64,000 bases of DNA from an uncultured virus (IMG/VR IMGVR_UViG_3300020358_000003) (Duplodnaviria > Heunggongvirae > Uroviricota > Caudoviricetes), in the IMG/VR virus record IMGVR_UViG_3300020358_000003, one strand, 5' to 3'. Both the position numbers and the translations under genes were made by a program. The notes beneath the pieces are model-generated. The model searched no databases. It was not told where the DNA came from and saw only the letters and a list, made by a program, of their open reading frames with translations. Within the stretch, counting starts at the first letter, position 1. Each line of letters opens with the position of its first letter. Positions 1 to 9,327 of this stretch are shown in pieces.

Positions 1-1
1 T

Positions 2-103
2 GCTTTTGTCGTGGCCTCGGTGTCAAATAATGGCGGCAACGATTTTACACTTACTTGGGGTGGGTCTGATTATACCATACCAACTGGATTTACTAAATTT
101 TAA
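2..103 (+). CDS. 3' end of an upstream gene, possibly a tail/SPRY-like protein (partial)
   Basis: Open frame from the window edge, ...FTLTWGGSDYTIPTGFTKF*. The Y-x-x-P-T-G-F ending resembles SPRY-containing phage proteins. Confidence 0.4.
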   Translation, partial: AFVVASVSNNGGNDFTLTWGGSDYTIPTGFTKF

Positions 104-132
104 TTGTCACACTTAATTTTGTACTATATACT
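104..132 (+). promoter_or_regulatory. sigma70-like promoter
   Basis: TTGTCA-17 nt-TATACT upstream of ORF 150. Confidence 0.5.
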
Positions 133-149
133 AAGTAAATAAAATTCTT

Positions 150-398
150 ATGGAGAAAAAAATGACTACTGAAAATGAACAAACGAATGAAATGCCAAAA
201 GTTGACATTACACCAAACGATCTTATGGTTATCAGACAAGTATTTGATGCATCAAGCCAAGCAGGAATTTTTAAAGCACAAGATTTAACCACTGTTGGTT
301 TCGTGTATGATAAAGTACATGCTATTGTTGAAGGTATCATTGCTGCCGCCAAAGCAGATGAAGAGAGCAACAGTTCTGAAGAATCAAAAGAAGAATAA
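150..398 (+). CDS. hypothetical protein
   Basis: 82-aa ORF with an acidic tail; GGAG precedes a second ATG at 162. Confidence 0.7.
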   Translation: MEKKMTTENEQTNEMPKVDITPNDLMVIRQVFDASSQAGIFKAQDLTTVGFVYDKVHAIVEGIIAAAKADEESNSSEESKEE

Positions 399-434
399 TT
401 GAATTTTTTGTTATGATCAATCTAAGGAAAGAAC

Positions 435-788
435 ATGGCAAATAAAAAACCAAAGCAACTTGAACATGAATCAAAGTATGAATACCTAGATAGGGACGGG
501 GATGGAATCATCTCTGATGATGAAATGGCAAATGAAAAAAGAATGATTGAACTAGAAGATTTACGTTCTGATATGGAAAATGAGGACAAGAAGCAAGATG
601 CTCAAAGAGCAATGGCATGGTTCGCGCTTGCTGGAATGTTACTATATCCATTTGCTGTTGTCCTCGCTGCATGGGTAGGTCTTGAAAAAGCACCTAATAT
701 TCTTGGTGATATGGCCCCTACATACTTTGTTTCTGTTGCTGCTATTGTTGCAGCATTTTATGCTAAAGAAGTTCTACACAAGAAATGA
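435..788 (+). CDS. EF-hand-containing two-TM membrane protein (holin-like?)
   Basis: DRDGDGIISDDE EF-hand loop, two C-terminal hydrophobic segments, AAGGA RBS. Confidence 0.65.
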   Translation: MANKKPKQLEHESKYEYLDRDGDGIISDDEMANEKRMIELEDLRSDMENEDKKQDAQRAMAWFALAGMLLYPFAVVLAAWVGLEKAPNILGDMAPTYFVSVAAIVAAFYAKEVLHKK

Positions 789-910
789 AAAATATTAACA
801 CGATCAGAGATGTGTGTTATAATTGTAAGTGTAAATCTCACTGCGAGAAAGAATGTAAGTCTTGCAGAAATGATGTTTGTATAAAATGCGAGTGTCCTCG
901 CTGTAAATAA
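785..910 (+). CDS. small Cys-rich metallothionein-like protein (41 aa, not in the ORF track)
   Basis: MKNINTIRDVCYNCKCKSHCEKECKSCRNDVCIKCECPRCK, 10 Cys. ATGA overlap with the upstream stop; it fills the intergenic gap. Confidence 0.65.
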   Translation: MKNINTIRDVCYNCKCKSHCEKECKSCRNDVCIKCECPRCK

Positions 911-924
911 AATTGGAATGTATT

Positions 925-1707
925 ATGAAAAGACTTATATATCAAGTTTACGTTGGAAAGCGTTCAAAACTTTATGACCATTGTACACAGTCTGTGAAAG
1001 ATTATTGTAAACGTCACAGCATAGATTATGAAGTTCAAAGATCACCTATTCTTATGATTAAGCCTGATGTATTTTCTACAAACCGTAGTAAAGAATCGTA
1101 TGAAAAGCATGGTGGCTATCTTCCAATATATGAAAAAGAAAATGCATTCACTTATCTTAGATCATACGATCAAGTAGCAATTATTGATGCTGATGTGTGG
1201 ATTCGTCCAGACGCTCCAAATATCTTTGATGAACTACCTGAAGGTTATGATTTTGGTGCTGTTTGTGAAAGAGAAATGCCTATCAATAATCAGTATATGG
1301 CAAAAATTGCCAATTATTCTAGAATGCAATACAGCACGATTAAATCTGTTGATTGGAAATGGAATAATAAAACAGGTGGTCAGTTTTTCAATATGGGCAT
1401 CATGGTTATGAACAAATCAATTGAAAAGTACTTGAAAGGTGAAACTCCAGCACAATTTATTCGTAGACCAGAGTTCAAACCTTTTGTTGATGGTATGGGT
1501 GCTTGGAAATGGTCAACAGACCAAACACTTCTCAATACTTGGATTAGAGAGGAAAAAATGGCAATCAAGCATTTAGATTGGAAATGGAATGGTTTGTTCA
1601 CTGCTAACACTAAAATTAAAGAATGTCACTTTGTGCATTTCTTCTTAAAAGATAAACTACCAAATCGTGGTGAGAATGTAGAAGAATTGAGAAAGGTTGT
1701 AGAATGA
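925..1707 (+). CDS. glycosyltransferase, GT-A fold (GT8-like)
   Basis: IIDAD DxD motif, FNMG, DQTLLN, HFVHF. Confidence 0.75.
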   Translation: MKRLIYQVYVGKRSKLYDHCTQSVKDYCKRHSIDYEVQRSPILMIKPDVFSTNRSKESYEKHGGYLPIYEKENAFTYLRSYDQVAIIDADVWIRPDAPNIFDELPEGYDFGAVCEREMPINNQYMAKIANYSRMQYSTIKSVDWKWNNKTGGQFFNMGIMVMNKSIEKYLKGETPAQFIRRPEFKPFVDGMGAWKWSTDQTLLNTWIREEKMAIKHLDWKWNGLFTANTKIKECHFVHFFLKDKLPNRGENVEELRKVVE

Positions 1708-2399
1708 TACAAAAGTTTTTTATCCATATTCCGAAAAACGGTGGAATGAGTATTAGACGTAGCAATATTGCTAGACCTAAAGTAATGATTGCAGCACCAC
1801 AAACTCACAAAACTGGCGAATACACCCAAGCGGTTAGAAATAAAATGCAATCGCTTGGTGAGCATGATGGTTTTGAACACGCTAGATGGAAAGATATTAG
1901 CAAGGGTTTACAAGACAAAATGCAGTTTTTTGCGATTGTAAGAAATCCTTGGGACAGAGTTGTTTCTCGTTACTTTTTTGCTAAAAAGGTTATTTACCTT
2001 GAAGAAAATTCAGATCATTATGGTGAGACTGAATATTCAGATTGCTCATCATTTGAGGCTTTTCTTGAGGAAAGGCATAAATGGGGTGGACATGAATACA
2101 TGTGGCACAGAGCCATTCGTGGTTGGTATCCAGCAAAAGATTATGTAACTTGTGATAAAGGTATTATGCGTTGTGATATTTTACGACTTGAGCATTTAGA
2201 TGAAGAGATATGTAAATATTTAAATTTGCCATTTATGACAGGACCAAGAAATGTAACTGCTGTTAATGATAAGCGTTATCAAGACATATATACACCAGAG
2301 ACGATTCAAATTGTTGCGGATTGGTATAAAAATGATATTGAGCAGTGGGGTTTTGATTTTGATACACCTGCACAAAAAAACTATTGGTGTGAAGATTAA
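1704..2399 (+). CDS. sulfotransferase family 2 protein
   Basis: FFIHIPKNGG 5'-PSB motif and VRNPWDRVVS 3'-PB motif. Confidence 0.85.
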   Translation: MIQKFFIHIPKNGGMSIRRSNIARPKVMIAAPQTHKTGEYTQAVRNKMQSLGEHDGFEHARWKDISKGLQDKMQFFAIVRNPWDRVVSRYFFAKKVIYLEENSDHYGETEYSDCSSFEAFLEERHKWGGHEYMWHRAIRGWYPAKDYVTCDKGIMRCDILRLEHLDEEICKYLNLPFMTGPRNVTAVNDKRYQDIYTPETIQIVADWYKNDIEQWGFDFDTPAQKNYWCED

Positions 2400-2412
2400 T
2401 ATTGAGAATTGA

Positions 2413-3108
2413 ATGAAAACTAATATAATATATAATTCTATATCAGAAAAATCATCTGAAAATGCTCTACTTTGTAGACAATCTTTTAATAATTTTAAAG
2501 GTTGGGATGTTGAAATATTTGATGGTTGTAATCCATTAAACTTACATAAATATCACAATAAATATAATTTGAAAACCACTGAGAGAACACTACATCAAGA
2601 TAGACCATTAGTGAAAATACATTCAAAGAAATGTTGTTTTTATTCCCATTACGAGTTATGGAATAGATGTGCTGAATCTGGAAAAAATATGGTTATAGTT
2701 GAGCATGATACTGAGTGTGTATTAGACAACAATATACCAGAGTTTGACCCAAAAGAAAAACTTGCAATGCAATTAAGTACTGATACCATTTTATGGAATT
2801 GGCCTTGGTACAATACCGAAAAAAATAAAGAAAAATATGAAAAAAATGGTAGTGGTGTGCATGAAATATTTTATTCACAACCCAATGGTGTAAAATGTAT
2901 GTCTGGTAATACTGCATATTTAATAACACCAGCGGCATGTGAGCATTTAATACAAGATTGTATTAAAAATGGATGGACGCAAAACGATTTGTTAATAAAT
3001 ACAAGCCAATTTCCATTATATTACTATGCGCCTTCACCAATCGCATATATAAAGTCAAGAGAATTGAGATCATCTAGTGTGGGCGTAATAAAGGATTTTA
3101 TTAAATGA
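2413..3108 (+). CDS. glycosyltransferase family 25-like
   Basis: CFYSHYELW, IVEHD, AYLITP motifs. Confidence 0.75.
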   Translation: MKTNIIYNSISEKSSENALLCRQSFNNFKGWDVEIFDGCNPLNLHKYHNKYNLKTTERTLHQDRPLVKIHSKKCCFYSHYELWNRCAESGKNMVIVEHDTECVLDNNIPEFDPKEKLAMQLSTDTILWNWPWYNTEKNKEKYEKNGSGVHEIFYSQPNGVKCMSGNTAYLITPAACEHLIQDCIKNGWTQNDLLINTSQFPLYYYAPSPIAYIKSRELRSSSVGVIKDFIK

Positions 3109-3677
3109 TTAAAGCAGATTTGTTAGGAATAGATACTTTAGAAGAATGGTATAAATCTATTGTTAATCAACAAGAACAAGCGCATGGAGAACATTATTGT
3201 GCAATGCATAACGCTATTCAAGAGTGTTTGAGCGAAAGTAAGACATACAAAGAACTTGGTACAATGCAAGGTGGGACCGCCGCCGCTGCGTTGTTTTCTA
3301 CACCTCATCCAATAAGAGTTGATTTGGTTGATATTAATATGAGTAGATTTAATCCCCACAAACATCTTTTTGATGATTGGTGTAGTAAAAATAATATTGA
3401 ATTGAATGTTATGGAATGTGATTCAAGGCATCCTGATTGTGTTAGCGAAGTTGACGTTCTACTTATAGACTCAGTGCATTTAAGACCACATATGGAAAGT
3501 GAATTAAAGGCACACGCTAATACTGTGCAAAAATACATAGTATTTCATGATACAACAGCAAGACGCGATCTGGCACAAGGAATCGAAAAATTTTGTAGTA
3601 AGATTAACCCTTGGGTTTTACATGAAAAGTTTTTACCTAATGTTGGATACACCGTATTAAAAAGAGTTGGTGCGTAA
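3105..3677 (+). CDS. class I SAM-dependent methyltransferase (Methyltransf_24-like)
   Basis: ELGTMQG, LLIDSVH, YIVFHDT motifs. Confidence 0.75.
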   Translation: MIKADLLGIDTLEEWYKSIVNQQEQAHGEHYCAMHNAIQECLSESKTYKELGTMQGGTAAAALFSTPHPIRVDLVDINMSRFNPHKHLFDDWCSKNNIELNVMECDSRHPDCVSEVDVLLIDSVHLRPHMESELKAHANTVQKYIVFHDTTARRDLAQGIEKFCSKINPWVLHEKFLPNVGYTVLKRVGA

Positions 3678-3699
3678 TGATAATTGCAGAAAAATGTAA

Positions 3700-4665
3700 A
3701 TGAGTAAAATTTTTATTACAGGTATAGCTGGATTTATCGGTTACCATCTTGCAAGAAAGCTATTCTCCCAAGGACATGACGTTTCGGGATTAGACAGCTT
3801 TAATGATTATTATGATCCATCACTAAAGAGGATCAGAGCATCTAAATTGTCTGATTTGGGAATAGAAGTATTTGAATGCAATCTAACCTCTGATGCGTTC
3901 AAATTTTATAAAAATGCACATAGGCTTACTATACCTCAACCGTCTTTAGACGGTGTTGAAACCGTCATACATCTTGCGGCATATGCTGGTGTTAGACACT
4001 CAATGTTAGACCCGCATCTTTATATCCAGAATAACATTATCGCATCACAAAACTTAATTGACAGGTGTGAGAAAGACGGCGTAAATAGAATTTTATATGC
4101 GTCAACATCGTGCGTCATGGCGGGTAATCCACTGCCTTGGAAAGAGGATGTGAACTTAGGTCACCAATTAAATCCTTACGGCTTTACAAAAGCGACTACA
4201 GAATCTCAGTTCAAAACCAGCAAAATTAAAAATACTACTGGACTTAGATTTTTTACTGTATATGGTCCTTGGGGTCGCCCCGACATGGCACTATTTGACT
4301 TTACTAAAAACATTATTGCGGGCAATCCTATAAAGCTATTCAACAATGGAGATATGACTAGAGATTTTACTTATATTGATGATATTGTAAACGGAATCTT
4401 ACTTCTTTTGACCGCTGATGGCAAAGAAATATATAACATTGGTCGCGGCGAAAAAGTTAAATTGCTAGATTTTGTTCATGAAATTGAAAATAACTTAAAT
4501 ATAAAAGCGATCAAAGAAATGGTGCCTATGCATCCAGCAGATACTCAAACTACATGGTCTGATACAACTAAAATAAAAAAACTAGGATATAATCCAAAAG
4601 TATCAATTGGTGAAGGAATAGAAAATTTCGTAAATTGGTACAAATTTTATTATAAAGTGAATTAA
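3700..4665 (+). CDS. NAD-dependent epimerase, UDP-glucuronate 4-epimerase-like
   Basis: GIAGFIG, HLAAYAGVRHS, YGFTK, RFFTVYGPWGRPDMA, RDFTYIDD. Confidence 0.9.
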   Translation: MSKIFITGIAGFIGYHLARKLFSQGHDVSGLDSFNDYYDPSLKRIRASKLSDLGIEVFECNLTSDAFKFYKNAHRLTIPQPSLDGVETVIHLAAYAGVRHSMLDPHLYIQNNIIASQNLIDRCEKDGVNRILYASTSCVMAGNPLPWKEDVNLGHQLNPYGFTKATTESQFKTSKIKNTTGLRFFTVYGPWGRPDMALFDFTKNIIAGNPIKLFNNGDMTRDFTYIDDIVNGILLLLTADGKEIYNIGRGEKVKLLDFVHEIENNLNIKAIKEMVPMHPADTQTTWSDTTKIKKLGYNPKVSIGEGIENFVNWYKFYYKVN

Positions 4666-4667
4666 AT

Positions 4668-5336
4668 ATGTCAAAAAATATAATACTCCAACATTGGGTT
4701 GGTAAATTAAGCGAATTAGAAAAATCATCTATTGAAGATATGAAGTCTTATGCCGAATATTGTGGGGCTGAACATAGATTAATAGAGGGATATTTTTTAG
4801 ATGGGCTGTGTCCACAAGGGCAAAAACTTCATATGTTAAATGAAGTTTTTGATGATTACGATATCGTAGTAATGTTAGACCCTGATATGTTTACAAACAA
4901 ACTTAAAAAAACAAAAAATATATTCACAGAAGAAACTGGTATTGGTAGGTATTTTGGATTACAACCAAAAATTCATAAAAAAGTAGTAATGAAACATCCT
5001 ATGTTGTCTAATATTAATAATGCATTTTGGGGTGGTGCAATATATAGATTAGAAAGAGAAATGAGAAAAAAATTGCGACAGCATATAGTTATTGGTGAAC
5101 TTTCTCAATTTAATAATGAGTTTTTTGATGAAGGAATGATGCACAGACTTGCTGTTAAAACGGATATTAAAAATGAATCCAAATATCATATTGATAGAGG
5201 TCAATGGGATTCTAGTAGTTATGAAAATAATAATAATTCTGAAATAATACATATTCGGCCTAGAAGATCATTAGGTGGCCCATGGACTCCAAAAATTCAA
5301 ATATATAGAGAATTGAAGGAAAGGGGATTAATATGA
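4668..5336 (+). CDS. putative glycosyltransferase
   Basis: MLDPD DxD motif, DEG motif and glyco-cluster context. Confidence 0.55.
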   Translation: MSKNIILQHWVGKLSELEKSSIEDMKSYAEYCGAEHRLIEGYFLDGLCPQGQKLHMLNEVFDDYDIVVMLDPDMFTNKLKKTKNIFTEETGIGRYFGLQPKIHKKVVMKHPMLSNINNAFWGGAIYRLEREMRKKLRQHIVIGELSQFNNEFFDEGMMHRLAVKTDIKNESKYHIDRGQWDSSSYENNNNSEIIHIRPRRSLGGPWTPKIQIYRELKERGLI

Positions 5337-6028
5337 AGGCATATTGTATAACCCTAAAAGATGATGAACTAAGTGAAAATGGTTTTAACAAAGTATGGCA
5401 AAGTGCTAAAGAACTAAATTGTGATTTCTATGTAGAGAGATTTGATGCTACAAATGAAAAAAATGCTAATAGACAGTTGCTTGATTGGGATTTATTTTGG
5501 AATTATCCATGGGAAGGTAAGGTTACCGATATTGCAACAGGTCTTACTAAATCTGCATATCCTACAGCGATCAAAGAAAGAAGAATTGCTTGTGCTATAA
5601 GTCATTTTAGATTATGGACGAAATGTTTTGAAATAAAAGAACCAATTCTTATATTGGAGCATGATGCCAAATTTGTTAAAAAATTAGATTATCAATATAT
5701 TTTAGATTCAAAATATAAAGTAGTGGGGATAAATAATCCTATTGGTGCAACAAGACGCGCTAGGCAATATCATGATATTATTCAGCGAAACCATAATCCA
5801 ATTCAAGGGATACCTCATATTGACGAATGGAATATTCCTCAAGGTTTGGCGGGAAATTCTGCATATATTATTAAACCAGAGGGGGCCGAAAAACTCATAT
5901 CAAATGTATTTAATTATGGGCTTTGGCCTAATGACGCTATTATGTGTAAACAATTAGTTGATGATATGGGGGTTACTAAAATTTTCTATACCGAAATTCA
6001 AGGTTTAAAATCAACAACAACTCAATAG
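5333..6028 (+). CDS. glycosyltransferase family 25-like
   Basis: CAISHFRLW, ILEHDA, SAYIIKPEGA. Confidence 0.8.
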   Translation: MKAYCITLKDDELSENGFNKVWQSAKELNCDFYVERFDATNEKNANRQLLDWDLFWNYPWEGKVTDIATGLTKSAYPTAIKERRIACAISHFRLWTKCFEIKEPILILEHDAKFVKKLDYQYILDSKYKVVGINNPIGATRRARQYHDIIQRNHNPIQGIPHIDEWNIPQGLAGNSAYIIKPEGAEKLISNVFNYGLWPNDAIMCKQLVDDMGVTKIFYTEIQGLKSTTTQ

Positions 6029-6038
6029 GTAAATTATA

Positions 6039-6701
6039 TTGAAAAAGATTGATATCTTTTATGCTGCTCTAAACGCAAAAAAATTTGAAAGATTAAATGA
6101 TTTCTATTATTACTGTATAGATTATGCTAATAATGGTCTTGCTTTAGATATAGGGTCTGATAATTTTTTAGGTCTAACAAAAAAGTTATTAGACAAACAG
6201 TGGGTTGGAGATATATGTGCATTTGATCTTCAAGATTTAAAAGAATATGATAATAAGATTGAGTTTTATAGTGGCGATGTTTTGGATACAATAACATCAG
6301 TTTTAGAAGATAAGAATAAAAAAATCTCTATTTTGGAGATAGATTTAAGAGAACCTACAATTTCTTTAAATGAGGATTTAGATTTGAAAAGAAATAGGGT
6401 GAATGAAGTATTGACTTTATGTGATGATTATTTGAATGATAATGTAGTGATTATAATAAATGAATTTATGAACGATGTGTGGGGCAGTATAAATCCAGAT
6501 GGGTATTTTCTAGCAGATTTTTTTGAAAAAAATAATAAGTCTTATGAATGTCTGGGATATCTACCGTATTATCTAAGTTATAATGGTGAATTATTAGGTA
6601 ACGAAGGTGCAACTGCTTGGGTTGTATCTGATAGTAAAAGTTTACAAGGAAACGATCTTAAAAATCTTATAAATCAATTATGGACACATAGTCCATTTTA
6701 A
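6039..6701 (+). CDS. hypothetical protein, possibly a degenerate methyltransferase fold
   Basis: 220-aa ORF with TTG start; LDIG and AFD resemble methyltransferase motifs. Confidence 0.5.
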   Translation: MKKIDIFYAALNAKKFERLNDFYYYCIDYANNGLALDIGSDNFLGLTKKLLDKQWVGDICAFDLQDLKEYDNKIEFYSGDVLDTITSVLEDKNKKISILEIDLREPTISLNEDLDLKRNRVNEVLTLCDDYLNDNVVIIINEFMNDVWGSINPDGYFLADFFEKNNKSYECLGYLPYYLSYNGELLGNEGATAWVVSDSKSLQGNDLKNLINQLWTHSPF

Positions 6702-6725
6702 ACAACCAAGAAAGGTTAAAAACAA

Positions 6726-7784
6726 ATGAAAAAACTTTTAGCAATCGTAGCAGCGGGAATGATGTTAGCAACAAGCGCATTCGCTGGGGATAAAGTAAAA
6801 GTAGGGTTTGTCTACGTTGGACCAACTGGTGATCATGGGTGGACATATCGTCATGATATTGGTCGCCAAGGAGTGCAAGACCATTTCGGTGACAAAGTTG
6901 AAACTGTATATGTAGAAAGTGTTAAAGAAGGTCCAGACGCTGCAAGAGTTATTCGTGGTATGGTAATGGACGGTGCTGATATTATTTTTACAACATCTTT
7001 TGGATATATGGAACAAACGCTAAAAATGGCGAAAATGTTTCCTAATGTAAAATTTGAACACGCAACTGGATATAAGCAAGCAAAGAATATGTCTAGTTAT
7101 GGGCTTAGATTATATCAAGCACGACACGTACAAGGTATTATTGCTGGACTTATGACAAAAACAAATAAGATTTGTTATGTTGCAGCATATCCAATTCCAG
7201 AAGTTATTCGTGAAATTAATACCTATTTTATGGGCGCACGTAGAATGAATCCAGACGTTGAAATGGATATTGTATGGGTAAATACTTGGTATGATCCCGG
7301 AAAAGAGTCGGATGCTGCTAAAGCCCTCATGTCCCAAGGTTGTGATATGATTGCACAACACACAGACTCTCCTGCGCCAATGCAAGCAGCAGAGGCACAA
7401 GGTAGACATGGCTTTGGTCAGGCATCAGATCAAATTGTGTTCGCGCCAGATGCACAATTGACTGCAACTATTGATAACTGGACTCCTTATTATATTCGTA
7501 AAGTTGGAGCAGTTATTGATGGAACTTGGGAGAGTGAGAACTATTTTGGTGGTATGAAAGAGGGTGGTGTGCAAATGGCCCCATTTACCAATATGCCAGA
7601 TGCAGTTCGCGCCAAAGCACAAGAGGTAAAAGACCAAATTGAAAATGGCGAATACTTTGCTTTCACTGGGCCATTATATGATAATGAAGGAAATCTTCAA
7701 CTCGCTGAAGGTGAGGTCGCAACTGATTTTCAGTTAAATTCAATGAATTATTATGTTGAAGGAATTAACGCGAAAGTACCTTAA
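6726..7784 (+). CDS. BMP-family ABC transporter substrate-binding protein (purine/nucleoside type)
   Basis: Signal peptide ending AFA; KVGFVYVGPTGDHGWTYRHD, FTTSFGY, FEHATGYK, TWYDPGKE, QHTDS. Confidence 0.92.
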   Translation: MKKLLAIVAAGMMLATSAFAGDKVKVGFVYVGPTGDHGWTYRHDIGRQGVQDHFGDKVETVYVESVKEGPDAARVIRGMVMDGADIIFTTSFGYMEQTLKMAKMFPNVKFEHATGYKQAKNMSSYGLRLYQARHVQGIIAGLMTKTNKICYVAAYPIPEVIREINTYFMGARRMNPDVEMDIVWVNTWYDPGKESDAAKALMSQGCDMIAQHTDSPAPMQAAEAQGRHGFGQASDQIVFAPDAQLTATIDNWTPYYIRKVGAVIDGTWESENYFGGMKEGGVQMAPFTNMPDAVRAKAQEVKDQIENGEYFAFTGPLYDNEGNLQLAEGEVATDFQLNSMNYYVEGINAKVP

Positions 7785-7795
7785 ATAATTATTAA

Positions 7796-7823
7796 TGGAG
7801 ACTCCAATGGAGTCTCCAACTTT
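7796..7823 (+). terminator. stem-loop after the BMP gene
   Basis: TGGAGACTCC-AAT-GGAGTCTCCA perfect 10-bp inverted repeat with a short T tail. Confidence 0.55.
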
Positions 7824-7837
7824 AGGATTGATTTAAT

Positions 7838-8419
7838 ATGAATAATACAACAAATGGCGGTTCACAACCAGCAATGATTCCACCAAAAATGCAATTAATT
7901 TCAAATGGAATGTATGTGTTTATGGGTGATGTGTCTATGGATACGATGAGTCCAATTATTGATTGGATATTATCAGAAAATATGAAAAGAAGTGATAGAC
8001 AAAAAGAATTGACTTTAGGTATTTGCTCAAGAGGTGGTGATCTTAATGCTTGCTTTGCATTAGTTGATGTTTTGAGAGCATCAACAATTCCTGTTAAGAC
8101 TGTAGGATTAGGTATGATTGCATCTTGTGGTTTGCTTTTATTTATATCTGGACAAAAAGGTAAAAGAATTTTAACACCAAATACTGCAATTTTATCTCAT
8201 CAATATTCTTGGGGTAGTGTAGGTAAAGAACATGAATTGTTTGCCAGAGTGAAAGAGATGGAACTCACAACCGAGCGTATGATTAATCATTACAAAAAAT
8301 GCACTGGGATGAATGAAAAAAAAGTAAGAGAGTTTCTTCTTCCACCAGAAGATGTTTGGTTAAGCGCAGAGGAAGCAAAAAGTTTAAAACTTTGTGATAA
8401 AATAGAAGATATACAATAA
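7838..8419 (+). CDS. clpP: ClpP-like ATP-dependent protease proteolytic subunit
   Basis: ICSRGG, GMIASCG (catalytic Ser), ILSHQ (His), DVWLSAEEA. Confidence 0.85.
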   Translation: MNNTTNGGSQPAMIPPKMQLISNGMYVFMGDVSMDTMSPIIDWILSENMKRSDRQKELTLGICSRGGDLNACFALVDVLRASTIPVKTVGLGMIASCGLLLFISGQKGKRILTPNTAILSHQYSWGSVGKEHELFARVKEMELTTERMINHYKKCTGMNEKKVREFLLPPEDVWLSAEEAKSLKLCDKIEDIQ

Positions 8420-8447
8420 AAATATTACTAAATACATCTAATGAGTT

Positions 8448-8474
8448 GAGGAAGCCTTGGCTTCCTCTTTTTTT
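8448..8474 (+). terminator. intrinsic terminator
   Basis: GAGGAAGC-CTTG-GCTTCCTC followed by a T7 run. Confidence 0.75.
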
Positions 8475-8490
8475 AAAAGAAAGAGAGAAA

Positions 8491-9318
8491 ATGACACAAC
8501 TGATAAATCCAAAGAAATTTACTAACACTGTGGGGCTTTTACGCTCCTTTTTTTTGACCAGAGGGTTTCAAGAAGTACATACGCAAAATAGATTAAGCAT
8601 TTTAGCAGCATGTGAAGACCCAGAAAATGTAGCAAGTTATAATTATGAAGGTGAGGTTTGGCCTTTACCGCAAACAGGTCAAATGTGGCTAGAACATGAA
8701 TTATTATCTGATCCCTCTGCGAAGGGATTTTTTTGTGTCTCCACTTCATATAGACAAGAACCAAACGCAATTCCAGGTAGACACGATACGATTTTTCCTA
8801 TGTTTGAATTTGAAATGGCAGGTGATATTAATGATCTTAAAGTTATGGAAAGACAATTAGTAAGTCACTTAGGTTTTGACGATTGCACAGAGAAAACGTA
8901 TGGAGAATGGCAGCAACATTATGGTGTTAGTGCAAATACCGAATTGGATGCCCAACATGAGTTGGCAATGCAAGCATCATTCGGTTCTTGTATGATTACA
9001 GATTTTCCAGAGATAACAAGTCCGTTTTGGAATATGTCTAGAAACGAGGATGGTACAAGTAGAAAAATTGATGTTATCCTTGGTGGTATGGAAACTATTG
9101 GTAGTGCAGAACGCAGTACCGACAAAGAACAAATGAGAAACACATTTAATACAATTTCTAATGGTGAATATGCTGGACTCATCAAGAGTTTATTTGGAGA
9201 TGAAAGGGTTGAGGCAGAACTTGAAAAGTTTCTTGAGTTTGATTTCTTCCCAAGAGTTGGTGGTGGTATAGGGTTGACACGAATGATATCCGCTCTAGAA
9301 ACTCAAAAGAGTAACTAA
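8491..9318 (+). CDS. class IIb aminoacyl-tRNA synthetase catalytic-domain-only protein (AsnRS2/AsnA-like)
   Basis: Motif 2 SYRQE...RHDTIFPMFEFE and motif 3 GGGIGLTRM, ETIGSAER. About 275 aa with no N-terminal OB anticodon-binding domain. Confidence 0.85.
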   Translation: MTQLINPKKFTNTVGLLRSFFLTRGFQEVHTQNRLSILAACEDPENVASYNYEGEVWPLPQTGQMWLEHELLSDPSAKGFFCVSTSYRQEPNAIPGRHDTIFPMFEFEMAGDINDLKVMERQLVSHLGFDDCTEKTYGEWQQHYGVSANTELDAQHELAMQASFGSCMITDFPEITSPFWNMSRNEDGTSRKIDVILGGMETIGSAERSTDKEQMRNTFNTISNGEYAGLIKSLFGDERVEAELEKFLEFDFFPRVGGGIGLTRMISALETQKSN

Positions 9319-9327
9319 AGCGCATAT

